A stretch of 63,653 bases of DNA, the filler included, from Intoshia linei (Eukaryota; Animalia; Orthonectida): assembly GCA_001642005.1 (NCBI GenBank). It is 6 parts of 6 records of this genome, joined end to end, with 100 filler letters (N's around TTAATTAATTAA, not from the genome) between each part and the next. Parts side by side here need not be neighbours in the genome. Positions count along the whole stretch, not along the records: positions 52,413 to 54,635 come from LWCA01002367.1; positions 54,736 to 60,063 come from LWCA01001814.1; positions 60,164 to 63,653 come from LWCA01002085.1; 3 more parts are not named here. One strand, written 5' to 3'. The position numbers were made by a program, and so were the translations under genes. The first letter of the stretch is position 1; every line of letters starts with the position of its first letter. The notes below the pieces were generated by a model. The model was not told where the DNA came from, did not search any database, and saw nothing but the letters and a program-made list of their open reading frames with translations. Below are positions 52,413-63,653 of this stretch, one piece after another.

Positions 52413-52580
52413 TTGAAAGAAGAATTTCATCGCAGATTTTCGGATTTAAGAAGTAATAATTTTAAAATTTATTTTTAGGTACATCAAATAGATTCTCCTT
52501 ATTTATCAAACCGTTTTCTTTAGAGCCTGATAATGTTTCTGTTGATTACCAATTAGACGTGATTTTTCTAAAATTTTTCT
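52413..52580 (+). pseudogene. hAT (SPIN/GTF2IRD2-like) transposase fragment
   Basis: LKEEFHRRFSDLR and FSLFIKPFSLEPDNVSVDYQLDVIFL. Confidence 0.6.
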
Positions 52581-53021
52581 AATTGTTTACAACTAAAATC
52601 AACAAATTATACAATTGAAGTTACTTGATAGTTTAACATTATAAATTTGAATTCAATGTTTTATTTTTATATAAATTGTAAATTCTAACATCATTTATTA
52701 GTGTATTGCCTCAATTTAGTCTTTGTTGTATTTTAATATTTATAAAATGACATTCTATTCGTGTTAACTATCAACACGAAGTTTGCGACACTAATACATG
52801 AACATTATATAATAAACTTTAATTGCACAAGTTCCTCATTTTTCATTTTTTTAAAATTTAACTTGGCAAGCACTGGTATAGAATACTCAGACAGTGAAAG
52901 GGTTAATCTGTCATTTAATTTATCAATTTTTAGCCATTGAATGTTTATGGCAATTAATTTAGCTAAAAATTAAATTATAGAATCTGTCACTGAATAAATA
53001 AATTTAGCAAATTATCTATTA

Positions 53022-53353
53022 CAGTAGACGCTATTCATAACATTTTTTTGGTGTTGTAATGGAAAATGTAAACGTTAATATTATATTTTAAAAATTTCGC
53101 TTCATTTCGATAATGTAAATAATAAATTTTATTTTACAAAGTCAACAATGCATAATACAATTTAAACAGTAAAAAATGTATTTTAGTTACTAAAAAATAG
53201 ATGCGTTACCTATGATGTGTCACTTATGGAATGATTTTATTGTTGTACTTGGTGAAGTGATTTTCTATACATTTACTATAGAAAATGTTACAATTGAACG
53301 TTATTTTTCAACATGTTGTAATTGGAAAATGTTTTTATGAATAGCGTCTACTG
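53022..53353. mobile_element. Tc1/mariner (pogo-like) MITE
   Basis: TA-CAGTAGACGCTATTCATAA ... TTATGAATAGCGTCTACTG-TA (19-bp perfect TIR). Confidence 0.9.
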
Positions 53354-53433
53354 TATTCTAATGGTCAATTAATTAATCATATATTATCACTTAAAGTAAA
53401 AATGATATTTTAACTACAATTGTCATTAAAGTT

Positions 53434-53841
53434 CAGTGGCCAGATATACGTATTTTTTTAAGTTAAAATTACGTACTAAAATTTAGTAATTTTTATGTAA
53501 ACGTAAAAATTTTACTGTATAAATTTGTATAGAAAGATGTTTATTTACGTTTTATTTGAAATAAATTTTCTCAATTGTAATTAAATTAAAAGTACATTTT
53601 ATCAATATTTTTCAATTTTAAAGTAAAACAAACTTAATTAGTAATTATTTCAAAATAGTCAAAAAAAATTGTTTTGATTTATATAAATGTATACTAAATA
53701 ACAATGATAAATACTAATGTGATATAAATGTATAAATAAATATTAATTTTAAATTCAATTTCGACTGAGGTTTTAAATTTAATTTCATTTTGGTTTCTAA
53801 CTAACGAGTACGTATTTAGTACGTTAAAAATCTGGCCACTT
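53434..53841. mobile_element. Unclassified MITE
   Basis: AGTGGCCAGAT / ATCTGGCCACT ends with subterminal tacgta/acgt motifs. Confidence 0.65.
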
Positions 53842-54073
53842 TAATTAAAACAACTATTTGATTTGAAAAAATTGCAAATAGAACATTATTCTATAGTAAC
53901 TGTTAATACAGTAAAATTTCTTTATAAACAAACGATTTTTGAAAATTTAACGACTAATTTGTTTTTTGGAGTATTAAAAAAAGCGTGATAAGTGTGATAA
54001 AAATTCCATAAAACGTAAACTTTGACATGTGAAAATGTAATAAACAAATTATATAGGATTAATATATTTTTAA

Positions 54074-54635
54074 CCCGTTAGTGCTCGCGCTTTTTTATAA
54101 CGTAAACGCTCGCAGACGCTAAAAAATGTGACATCAAGCAATAAAACATTTTGTTATACGATTTAATTATTTTAATAGGCGTGGTTTTCATAACATTTTT
54201 TACAAATAACATTTGCATGATCTTTGCAAATATGCTGATTACATGAAACGCATACTTGTAATGTTCTTTTAGCATTGTAATTACATAAATAACATCTTAG
54301 CCTTTTTTGAACAGGTAACAATTCTAAAAATTAAATTTCAATAATTATAAAATACCGATTAAATTATTCAGAGATTGAGATCTAAGTATTACATGATTAT
54401 GGCATAAAGATTTTCCAAGTTCTCTCAAATACATCCGCCTAGGAACATGTTCATTTACAGAAGAATATATATAACTATTCACTGCAAGAATATTAATAAT
54501 TCCTTGAAATAAACTTTAAGGCCATCTTCTACTTTTCCTTTTCACGTTGTATTCATTACATAAATAGTCAGGTGCATCAATACCACCCTTGGTTTCATTA
54601 TAAAACAAAATAATATGCGGTTTTTTCTTTTCGTT
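54074..54635 (-). mobile_element. piggyBac transposon 3' part (pseudogenised; cut by the gap)
   Basis: KPHIILFYNETKGGIDAPD..KRKSRRWP*; C-terminal Cys-rich RCYLC..CVSCNQHICKDH..CKKC; TTAA-CCC terminus at 54070-54076. Confidence 0.9.
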
Positions 54636-54735
54636 NNNNNNNNNNNNNNNNNNNNNNNNNNNNNNNNNNNNNNNNNNNNTTAATTAATTAANNNNNNNNN
54701 NNNNNNNNNNNNNNNNNNNNNNNNNNNNNNNNNNN

Positions 54736-55054
54736 AAATGTGGATTGTACGTCTACACATTTCCAATAAAGACATATGGGTGAAAATCTGTATAATTCAT
54801 TCCTTCGCAATTTTTAAATCTTAAATTTTAAAAACATATTGCATAAATTTTAACATAACATAATAATCATAATCTGGAAAAAAATAAATAAAAATTATAT
54901 GATGTACGGTAATACATTTTTGGTAGTCTTATTTTAATGGGTTCGTAAAATTGATTTGAACCAAAATAGATTTAATTTTTAATCTTAAAATTAAAATGTC
55001 CGCCCTCGGCAGAACTAGGTGCTGTTTGTACATAGTACAAACCAGCCAAGCTAG
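54736..55054 (+). mobile_element. Helitron family copy linking the body to the 3' terminus
   Basis: Family body (catatgggtgaaaatc..ccttcgcaatt), then gctgtttgtacatagtacaaaccagc hairpin and CTAG|T. Confidence 0.8.
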
Positions 55055-55197
55055 TTAAATTATAAATCATGACAATGTCATTGAATATAATTACTATAAT
55101 ATATGTAATAATCATAGGATAATGTATACAAAAATCAAAATGATAATAACTAAGTTGTAACTAACTTGTAACTAAGTAAGTAACTAAATAATTTTAA

Positions 55198-55617
55198 CCC
55201 TTACGAAACTATGCTGATGTTCAAAATTGAAAGCAAAAAATTTCACTTTTGAAATGTTAAAAAACACTAAAATTTAAAGCATAAAATTCACAAATTTGAA
55301 ATGTCATTGATTTGTAAAGTAAACAACTTAAATTTGGCTTTAATATTTGGCTAAGAATTAGCAATAAAATATATTTAATTTATAACACGCAATTACAATC
55401 ACGTCGCGTCTATTGTATTTCAAATATAATTTATTTTATTGTTTACACAAAGTAAACATTGATAATAAAATTAATTTTTACGCATATTACATGTTATTGT
55501 ATGAGCAGTATTTTGTTCAAAATTTATATTGGTACCGCCTTATTATGATTTGTATACAAACCAATGTAAATTTATGAGTAGTTTTTGGCATCTATACATG
55601 CAATTATCTCGTAAGGG
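55198..55617. mobile_element. piggyBac-type MITE
   Basis: TTAA-CCCTTACGA ... TCGTAAGGG-TTAA. Confidence 0.85.
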
Positions 55618-55998
55618 TTAAATGAAAAATAATTCAAATTGTTCAGAAGGCCGCGATTTCCCACCTCTGATGTAGTTTCTTAAGTAAATCCAAAATCATT
55701 AATAAATTTGAATAATTCATTTTCCTCATGCATAGTTCCATGTAAAAGTGAAATTGGAACTAGTAAAGCTTGAAAATGATGAAAATTGACTCGAAAAAAT
55801 TTAAAGTTTTAAATCCAGTTTTCAAAATTATCATAATATGGTCAAAACATGAATAAACAAATATTATGATAATGAAAAGTATAAAATAACAAGGAATAAA
55901 ATTTTCAAACGTTAAAATCAATGAATTAATAAATAAATCAAATAAAACAATAAAAACAAATAAAAGTATAATATAACATCAACAAAACATTAAAGAAA

Positions 55999-57231
55999 TT
56001 ATCTAGATGTAGATCTTTGTTTTTTAGAAGTGGATCTATTTATTCTTACATCAGGGTTAATTGATTTTCTATGTACAGTTTTAAAGTTTCTGATACTCCC
56101 TCTTTGAGAAGCAATTCTACTAGGACTACGTGATTTATTAAAAGATCCGGCGTCATAAACAGAATGAGACCTATTAACTACACGTGGAGATTTAGCATCA
56201 ACGACAGATGTACCCATATCCGAATTATTTACCCTTAGCAATGGTGTATTATTCTCAATAGAGAGTTTCTGAATTCCAACATTTATTGATCCATACTTTG
56301 ACCTTGAAAAAGATTTGGAATTGGATCGATGTGACTGTTGAGAAAATGAATTTCTTCCGGGATTAATAGAATTTCTAGATAAGCGAGATTGCTTGAGAAA
56401 TACATTCGATTTCGTCGGAATAATATTAAGTCTAGGTTGATCTGATAAAATACTTTGAGATTTTTTTTTATAATTCAAATAATTCTTTTTATGACTTGGT
56501 AGAGAATAATTATAATTATTATATCGAGCTTGTATATTTGAAATTTTGCGGTGTATACTATTAGGATTTTTTCTATACTGATACTGTTGAAGTAAATAAT
56601 CCTTGGTAAGCGTTCTCGTAGCTTTCGTAGCTTCCAATCGTTTTAATATGGCAAGGTTTTCTTTTTCAATTTGATTAAAAGTGTACTGATTCTTTGAATC
56701 TAAAGAGTCTGCAAATCCTTTATAACCTTTCACCCTTTTTCTGGTACCACGATAATTCAGCTTTTGGGCACATTTCAAAATTCGTTGCAATAATCTATTA
56801 TTATCGTCTTTTATTTGAACTAATCGTCGTTTCGGAAAAGAAACTGAAGCTGACTTGTTTAATTTCTTTTTTTTTTTCTTTAAAATTTTTGGTTCATTAT
56901 CACTTGCATTTTCAATATCTTTAATCGCTTTTAAAAGTAGTTTCATTCCACCGTGGTCAACTGGAACATTCTCCTTTTCAACGGTTTTTGGAGTCGTTGG
57001 ATTAGATGTTTCTGTGATTATTTCTGTTATTTTTTCGTCATTTTCAAATTTTGTTTTTTCATCAGACTTTTTTCGAAAATGGTCGTTTGTAATAATGGCT
57101 ATACTAGACGATGAAGCAGATTCATAAGAGTACCCATCCGTTTCAAAGTCACTGGTTAAGGACTTGTACGTTTCTCCACACTTTATAGACTCGTTTTTAA
57201 TTACATTTACCCTACAGTTATTGGAATCCAT
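55999..57231 (-). CDS. CFAP97: CFAP97/hemingway-like (KIAA1430 domain) cilia-associated protein, intronless ORF
   Basis: LLLKAIKDIE; SVSFPKRRLVQIKDDNNRLLQRI; QIEKENLAILKRLEATKAT; Ser/Arg-rich tail. Confidence 0.78.
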   Translation of the reverse strand: MDSNNCRVNVIKNESIKCGETYKSLTSDFETDGYSYESASSSSIAIITNDHFRKKSDEKTKFENDEKITEIITETSNPTTPKTVEKENVPVDHGGMKLLLKAIKDIENASDNEPKILKKKKKKLNKSASVSFPKRRLVQIKDDNNRLLQRILKCAQKLNYRGTRKRVKGYKGFADSLDSKNQYTFNQIEKENLAILKRLEATKATRTLTKDYLLQQYQYRKNPNSIHRKISNIQARYNNYNYSLPSHKKNYLNYKKKSQSILSDQPRLNIIPTKSNVFLKQSRLSRNSINPGRNSFSQQSHRSNSKSFSRSKYGSINVGIQKLSIENNTPLLRVNNSDMGTSVVDAKSPRVVNRSHSVYDAGSFNKSRSPSRIASQRGSIRNFKTVHRKSINPDVRINRSTSKKQRSTSR

Positions 57232-58161
57232 GGGTAAATTGAAATATATGTTTCAAATAAAACAATGACAAAGAAAACTAACCACAACAATATATATTAA
57301 ACTTTTGTTTGATTTTGCCTGGATAACTTTTAAATTTGAAATACATTTCAGTAATAAACAATACAATTACAAACAAACCAAACTGGGCAACAGACAGATT
57401 TTCTATTAACCAATTGCATACACAATTAAACTCTACTTTTTTAAAAGTCAATAAATTTAATGAATGAAAACATTTTAAATATTGATTAAAACACATTTTA
57501 AATTACAAGTATACTAAATAATAAAAAATTATAAAACATGAAAATGGATATAAACAAAATAAAAACAAATTTCAATACAACGATCATTAAATTTTATTTC
57601 TGCAATGATAAATGAGTGCATTACATAGTGTATATTACTACCTTAAAACCACAAACCGGTTTATAACCCCTAAAAAATACAACTGGGTCATTGAAAATAA
57701 TTATAATATATCATATAACACGCTTGAACCTTAATGAAGCATAAATAGCAAGTAATAATAATTAAAACTAAATTTTTAAAATTTATAAAATGACAAAATT
57801 TAATATTATTTTATATTTATTATTTCACAAAAAAATGGATCAATTGAATTTATAATTACTTGAAATCAAATATAAAATGCATGTATTTAGATTCAATAAA
57901 ACATTTATAAGTGCATTAAGTAATCAATTTTAACACGCATCAAAAATTTCTGAATAGCTCAAATTCGTTTCTGTTCGATAAACGATTATAAAAAATTTGT
58001 ACATACCGCTGTGAGACTAACAAACCTAAATTTTAATAATTGAGGTCCAATTCAATATACATATTGAAAACGAAAACTAATGAGTCATTAGTAATGACTA
58101 AACTAATTATTAATTAAATCTAACAAAAACCAATTATGTATGTACTTTAATTAGAATATAA

Positions 58162-58285
58162 TACCTTCTCATTAGAAGACATTTCAGTAAAATCACATGT
58201 TGAAACAGAGTGGATTCCTGCCTTTATACATTTTTCAGCTAATAATTTACCAATTAGCGTATAAACATCCGCGTTGGTTTTGCTA
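58162..58285 (-). CDS. Exon resembling mitochondrial ribosomal protein L18 (other exons not identified)
   Basis: KTNADVYTLIGKLLAEKCIKAGIHSV matches the uL18 pattern A..+G..LA.RC..AGI..V; AG/GT bounded. Confidence 0.55.
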
Positions 58286-58514
58286 ATAAAATAATAAAAA
58301 AGCACATAATACGCAGAATTATATAAAATAGTGGTTCCCGATTCGGGGTTCAAAACTATATTACTGAGGTCGTTAGATTTTAATAAAATAATACAAAATT
58401 TTATCAACTTAAGTAAATTTTTATAGAAGAATTTTTAATATTTATTACAGATTTGTCAGATGTTGGGAATTTATGCCAAAAACTAGACGATAGTAAATTA
58501 TTATTTCAAAAATC

Positions 58515-58810
58515 CCACTTTTATCCCACCATTAATAGAGTTTAATTAAAAATACAATTTTAAACCCTTAAGAGAAAAATCCCCTTTTTCCAATATTATT
58601 TTGAAAACACAATTTTATCCAATCTTAAAAGAAAAACCTCTTATTCCAACCACAAAATAAAAATCCAATTTTAGTAACGTTTAAGGGAAAGATCCTCTTT
58701 TTACAATATTTTTTTGAAAAATCCGATTTCAACAAATCTTATAAGCAACACCTTCTTAATCCAAAACCCATAATAAAAAATGTCATTTTACTGAATCTTA
58801 TGAAAAAAAA
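58515..58810. repeat. Degenerate tandem repeat of about 20-22 bp (also at about 17985-18125 and 5815-5870)
   Basis: Recurring aaaa(t)cc(a/c)(a)ttttacc(a)a / cttaag(g)aaaa units. Confidence 0.5.
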
Positions 58811-60163
58811 CTTTAAAAAAACATTTTTCATAAATATTTTGAAATGGATCCTGATTAAAAATTTTAATTCAATTAATAAATATTTACATGAACTCCTTAT
58901 TACAGCGATTCCCAACAGGTGTGTCGGGATTTTTTTTGGTGGGTCGCGTCATTTATATCCCGAAATTTTGTAAAAAAGCATTTTATGAAATTTATTGAAA
59001 TATTACCGTTTTCATTTGAATTAAACAGCGAATCGTTAATAATGTTATTACTATGTACATTAGGGTGTCATCAAATATTTTTTTAAGAAATTTAAAAACA
59101 TACCCAGTAGATTAGATGTAATTTAAAAAAAAATGACAATCCGATGACTAATTTTAAAAAATACTCATTAATGACTCAGCGTTGATCAATTAAGTAATTA
59201 ACAAAAAATAACTAAATTTAAGTTTATTTTCATGTTTTTCATAATATTTTTTTACTTATATTACAAAAAGTGAAATTCCTGCTTTATTTGTGGAGAAAAA
59301 TTAAAAATGTTTGTATATTTTAACAAAACGCGTTCAGCTGCATCATTTGTAATATACTTTATTTTATAATAACGAAAATATTTTTTTTATAATTATTATG
59401 ATCATTTTGTTTTGGGGTTTAAACAATGTTTGTGGGATAAATAAATGTAGACAATTTTTCTAACTTTTTGAAAATGTTAATCTAATTTTAAAAGAGACCT
59501 TAAGATAGTCATAATATAACCAAAATTTTACGTATCTTCAATACACCAATAAAATAAATGATTTTATATATTTTAATCTAAAATATATTATTCTAAATAA
59601 TTATTAATTATTTAAAGTATTTTGTTAAAATTATTTAAAACCGTGACTATATTTTTAATTTCGTATTATATTGTGGACAAATTTCATTCTCGTTTATATT
59701 TTTAATTAAAATTATGTGTAACTGTGTATGTGTAAATGTGTATTAATCCGCATAAATTGTCGTATTTAAGCCTACTCCATAGTTAAAATATCATCATATT
59801 ATTAGATTAAACGACATAAATTATAAATTTGTATGTAAGTTTAGTTTTGACAATATACCATTTTCGATTTTATTTACTGTTGCACCATTATTATTATGAA
59901 TTTGTACAATTATTTAAACGTCATTTAAATCAAGAAATAATAGAATACAGTGGTTTCTGTTCAATATGAATTTCATTCAATATGAACTGTGAATATGATT
60001 TTGTGTAAATAAACATAAATTTGTATTAATTATCTATCACGTGACTTATAAATTTCAGAAAAGNNNNNNNNNNNNNNNNNNNNNNNNNNNNNNNNNNNNN
60101 NNNNNNNTTAATTAATTAANNNNNNNNNNNNNNNNNNNNNNNNNNNNNNNNNNNNNNNNNNNN

Positions 60164-60403
60164 TTTACGCAAATGTTAACAAAAAAAATTAAGATGGAAT
60201 AATTCACTTTAAAGTAACAAGTAATGTGATATGACGGTTCCACCTGAAACAAATTTGGAAACCATTCCTTTAAAGGATTGATAACAGTTAATAGTAGGAT
60301 TTTTAAGTTAAATTTTCAACGTGAATTTATTTTTTTGGTATAATAAAAATTGCCTCGGCAGAGCTAGGTGCTGTTTGTACGTAGTACAAAACAGCCAAGC
60401 TAA
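60164..60403 (+). mobile_element. Helitron 3' region
   Basis: gctgtttgtac-gta-gtacaaaacagc hairpin followed by CTAA|T; homologous to 23819-24065. Confidence 0.75.
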
Positions 60404-61691
60404 TAATTTATATTTCTACGACAAAACTAAGCTTTAGTTTGAAATTACTATTATTAAAATATGTTTTTCAACCCAAGTATAGTTATAAAATTGTATTTAC
60501 AAACTATGATTATATATATTATATATTTATTTCAATATTTAATTATAATATTAATATTAACAGACTAATTATTTTGTTAAAATGCTCACTTGAAATACAA
60601 AAATTCACAACACTTGTATTTTTTTCAGCTAAATTTTCTGGTCGTTCTCTATAACCAACTGTTCATAATAAAATAAAAAAATGAATATTCATGTAAATAA
60701 CTGATTACATAACGGAACAACGTAAGTTTAAAAAAATGATTACTTACTTACTATTAGATATGAAATAATGTGCTAATTTATCAGTTTATATACAATATAT
60801 CGTATATAGTTATATAATATATATTATAACAAACTCATCAAAAAACTTAAAAATTATTTACGCCCTTCATTAAATATTTAAAATATACAAATTTATATAT
60901 TTACATTATATTTTTACCGTCTATGTAATATTTTTTTACGCTAAAAATGCATTAATACAATGTACTTACCAACTATTCAATATCACGATAACATTCAATT
61001 CTATGTTTATCATTTTTAATAATATTTCAATTCAAGTAATTGTTTTTCAATTACTTGTAAAATTAATAATACCTGTTGTGTAATTATTAGGATGTGACAT
61101 TTTTCGAAATTTTTATAATTGAAAATTCGTTTAAAATTTAAAGTAAAATATTTTAATTTTCACCAATATATAGACTTTAGTTTAAGTCAGCGTTTCCTAA
61201 ATGTCCATGGAGCATTACTGGACCGTGAAAATTTTTTCTAGTTGGGAGTCAATTTATTACGTTTATTATCAATTTTTTTAATGTTGCCTAGTTTATATAT
61301 TAATAAAAATAAAAAGTACTTGTTTCTTTGATGAGTGTGACATCCTAATAATTATAATATGACTATATTTACTAACTAAAAATATATGTTTCAAATAGTT
61401 TAAATTTTATTAGTAAAATAATTGATCGATCGTGATAATTTATGCTCATCATATATATAAACAAAAATATATTCTAAGATCCATATTAATGATAAATTAT
61501 GTATATCGAAATTTTTAATATAGCTAAAACCAGGGATTAGAATTAATTGATTACAATCGCTGGTTAAAACACAGACTTATAAACAAAGTAAAATATGTAA
61601 AATTATAATCTATACTTTGATTAATTTGTAATTAAATATACCGACTAAATGTATTATTATTAATATTATGATATTAATATGAATCTAATAA

Positions 61692-62588
61692 CCTAAGCAA
61701 TATTTTTCATTTATTTGAGTGCAAGATTGACAAATGTATGGATCGATGAAAATGTCAATTAAGCAATCTAAATTGAAAAATTATGTTCCTTTTATGCAAA
61801 ATGTGCAATCCATGTGTAATGTTATATTAAAACTTATTTACATTTGCATATATTATCTCTTCCAGCAACGAAATTTGTGTTACATTCCATTTTGCAAATA
61901 TATTTTGATAATTTATTTGTCGATACATGACAAACCGAACAATTTGACTCACCACAAGCTATTAATAATATTATTGAAATTGTAAATATTATCACTGCGA
62001 CATATATGTCTCTTATCGAGTGCTGGGAGTTTATCAGAACAAAAATATGCACACGATAAATTATATTGAGAGTTCATACAAACTTGACATGGTTCAGATC
62101 CACATTCTAAAAAATTACATATTTAAAGGAATAATAACATTTGCTTTAGTGGTTGCAAAAGTTGAACTTTATCAAATTGATTTATAATAATTTTTACTTA
62201 ATAGCTTAATTAGTTACATGTTAACGAAGTAGAAAAAATTGATCATTTAGATTAAAAACTTTTATTGCGATTTTAAATTTAAAAAAATGACTCAAATACA
62301 GAAGTTGGATACTGAACCTAACTTACCAAGCTCGAGGTACCGAAAATGAAATATAATTTTTTATCATAATTATTAATCCAGCTTCATTAATCAGTGTTTT
62401 AAATGTAAAAACTACAAATGTATTACTATTAATTATATCAAGTCATTATAATTTACAAAAATTATTTAATTATTGTAAAAATTAAATTAATACTATAGCA
62501 TTGAAACTGACTCCATCCGAAATAAAACAAGCATTGATCACATCCATATTGTGAATTACAGGTGCTACAATTTGTAACGAGGCAATCT
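61692..62588 (-). CDS. Cysteine-rich repeat (furin-like/CxxC) protein, internal exons
   Basis: Exons DCLVTNCSTCNSQYGCDQCLFYFGWSQFQCY; ECGSEPCQVCMNSQYNLSCAYFC; ACGESNCSVC..ICKMECNTNFVAGRDNICK; DCLIDIFIDPYICQSC. Confidence 0.68.
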
Positions 62589-63653
62589 AAATCAAGGGTA
62601 TATATTAGGATTTTTAATTTAGTTAAATTCAGATTTTTGATCAAAAATTAACAAAAAGCCTTGTGATATTTTTTATACACAAATATGTAATTTATGCTAC
62701 AAATGAAAATTCTGTTCAGAAAGTTTTATTTTTGATTCTATATTTTAAAATAAGATTTTTACCAAATTACATAAAAGGTTTATAAAGATAAATGTTTTTA
62801 AATCACTTTAATTTAATCAAATTAAATTAATTAACATAATTTAAATAAATATGACCTAATTCGTGACAAATGATAGTAAATCTTCAATTAAAACAATATC
62901 ATTTGATATCATACATCAGAACAACAATCAAGATACATAAATAAAGTGAATTTTCAATATATCTTAAAAATATAAGTATAATCACTAAAAAGGTTGGAAA
63001 TCCCTGTTGTATTATATTACTATTAAAACTAGTACAATTATAAATTACCGTGATGACAAACTCCTCTGGAAGTCGAGTAAGTATTTTTTGGACAGTTATT
63101 CACGCATACATTTATATTTTGCTTTAGATGGCAATATTTACATCTATCAGATTTACACTCTAAAATTTAAATTGGTATACAAATGTATTCATTAATAAGG
63201 TAATTAATATACGATAAGACATAATGTTGGTCGTTTTGTAATAGAATATTGTAGATTTTTTTGAGACTTGGAAAATAACAAGTACATCGTCTTGTTCGTA
63301 ATAAAAACTTTGATATTTAATCGTACATGTATATTAACAGTGTTGTATTACTTAAAAACGTATATGATGACATGATGAATATAAATACATACTTACTATA
63401 ATATCTTAATAATAACGTTATATAAGTACATTTAAGTGTTAACTTTTTAGTCTATTAAAATTACTCTAACAAAAACCTACACATACATAAAAACTAAATA
63501 ATACCTACACATATACGAAAATCATTATTAGATTTCCTTCATAAGTCAAAATTTTTATGCATACAGCCATATCACCAAAAAAATTCAAAACATTCAAGTC
63601 TACTATTTTTGGCCAAACTATATCAATGACATTAAAACACACATCTCCAAATG

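Overview
Very AT-rich eukaryotic (animal) genomic scaffold with compact multi-exon genes and tiny introns, mostly 30-40 nt. This architecture is consistent with a reduced spiralian parasite such as the orthonectid Intoshia (inference only). Five 100-bp assembly gaps (N44-TTAATTAATTAA-N44) split the window, so adjacency across them is uncertain. Genes reconstructed by eye: anamorsin/CIAPIN1; a divergent RhoGAP-like gene apparently lacking the arginine finger; an unidentified minus-strand gene; a GRAF/oligophrenin-type BAR-PH-RhoGAP; an SLC7 (LAT-type) amino-acid transporter; IAH1-type SGNH esterase; RPL10; a class C GPCR; two tandem DRAM/TMEM150 paralogues; a two-exon Wnt fragment; the 5' half of KIF17/OSM-3; a solitary histone H2A; CFAP97/hemingway; an MRPL18-like exon; and a Cys-rich repeat gene. 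Introns and intergenic DNA are filled with transposon debris: a Ty3/gypsy gag-PR-RT remnant, a dominant non-autonomous Helitron family (more than 10 pieces), hAT/Buster MITEs with perfect 8-bp TSDs, and piggyBac, pogo/Tc1 and Merlin remnants. I found no convincing wholly new biological system. The most unusual features are the Wnt/KIF17/H2A duplication-chimera region (45.3-51.7 kb), the reconstructable Helitron family, extreme gene and intron compaction (a 21-nt intron, a GC-AG intron, convergent stop codons 11 bp apart), and apparent loss of key residues in a RhoGAP and in anamorsin. Exon boundaries were read manually and may be off by a few bases.
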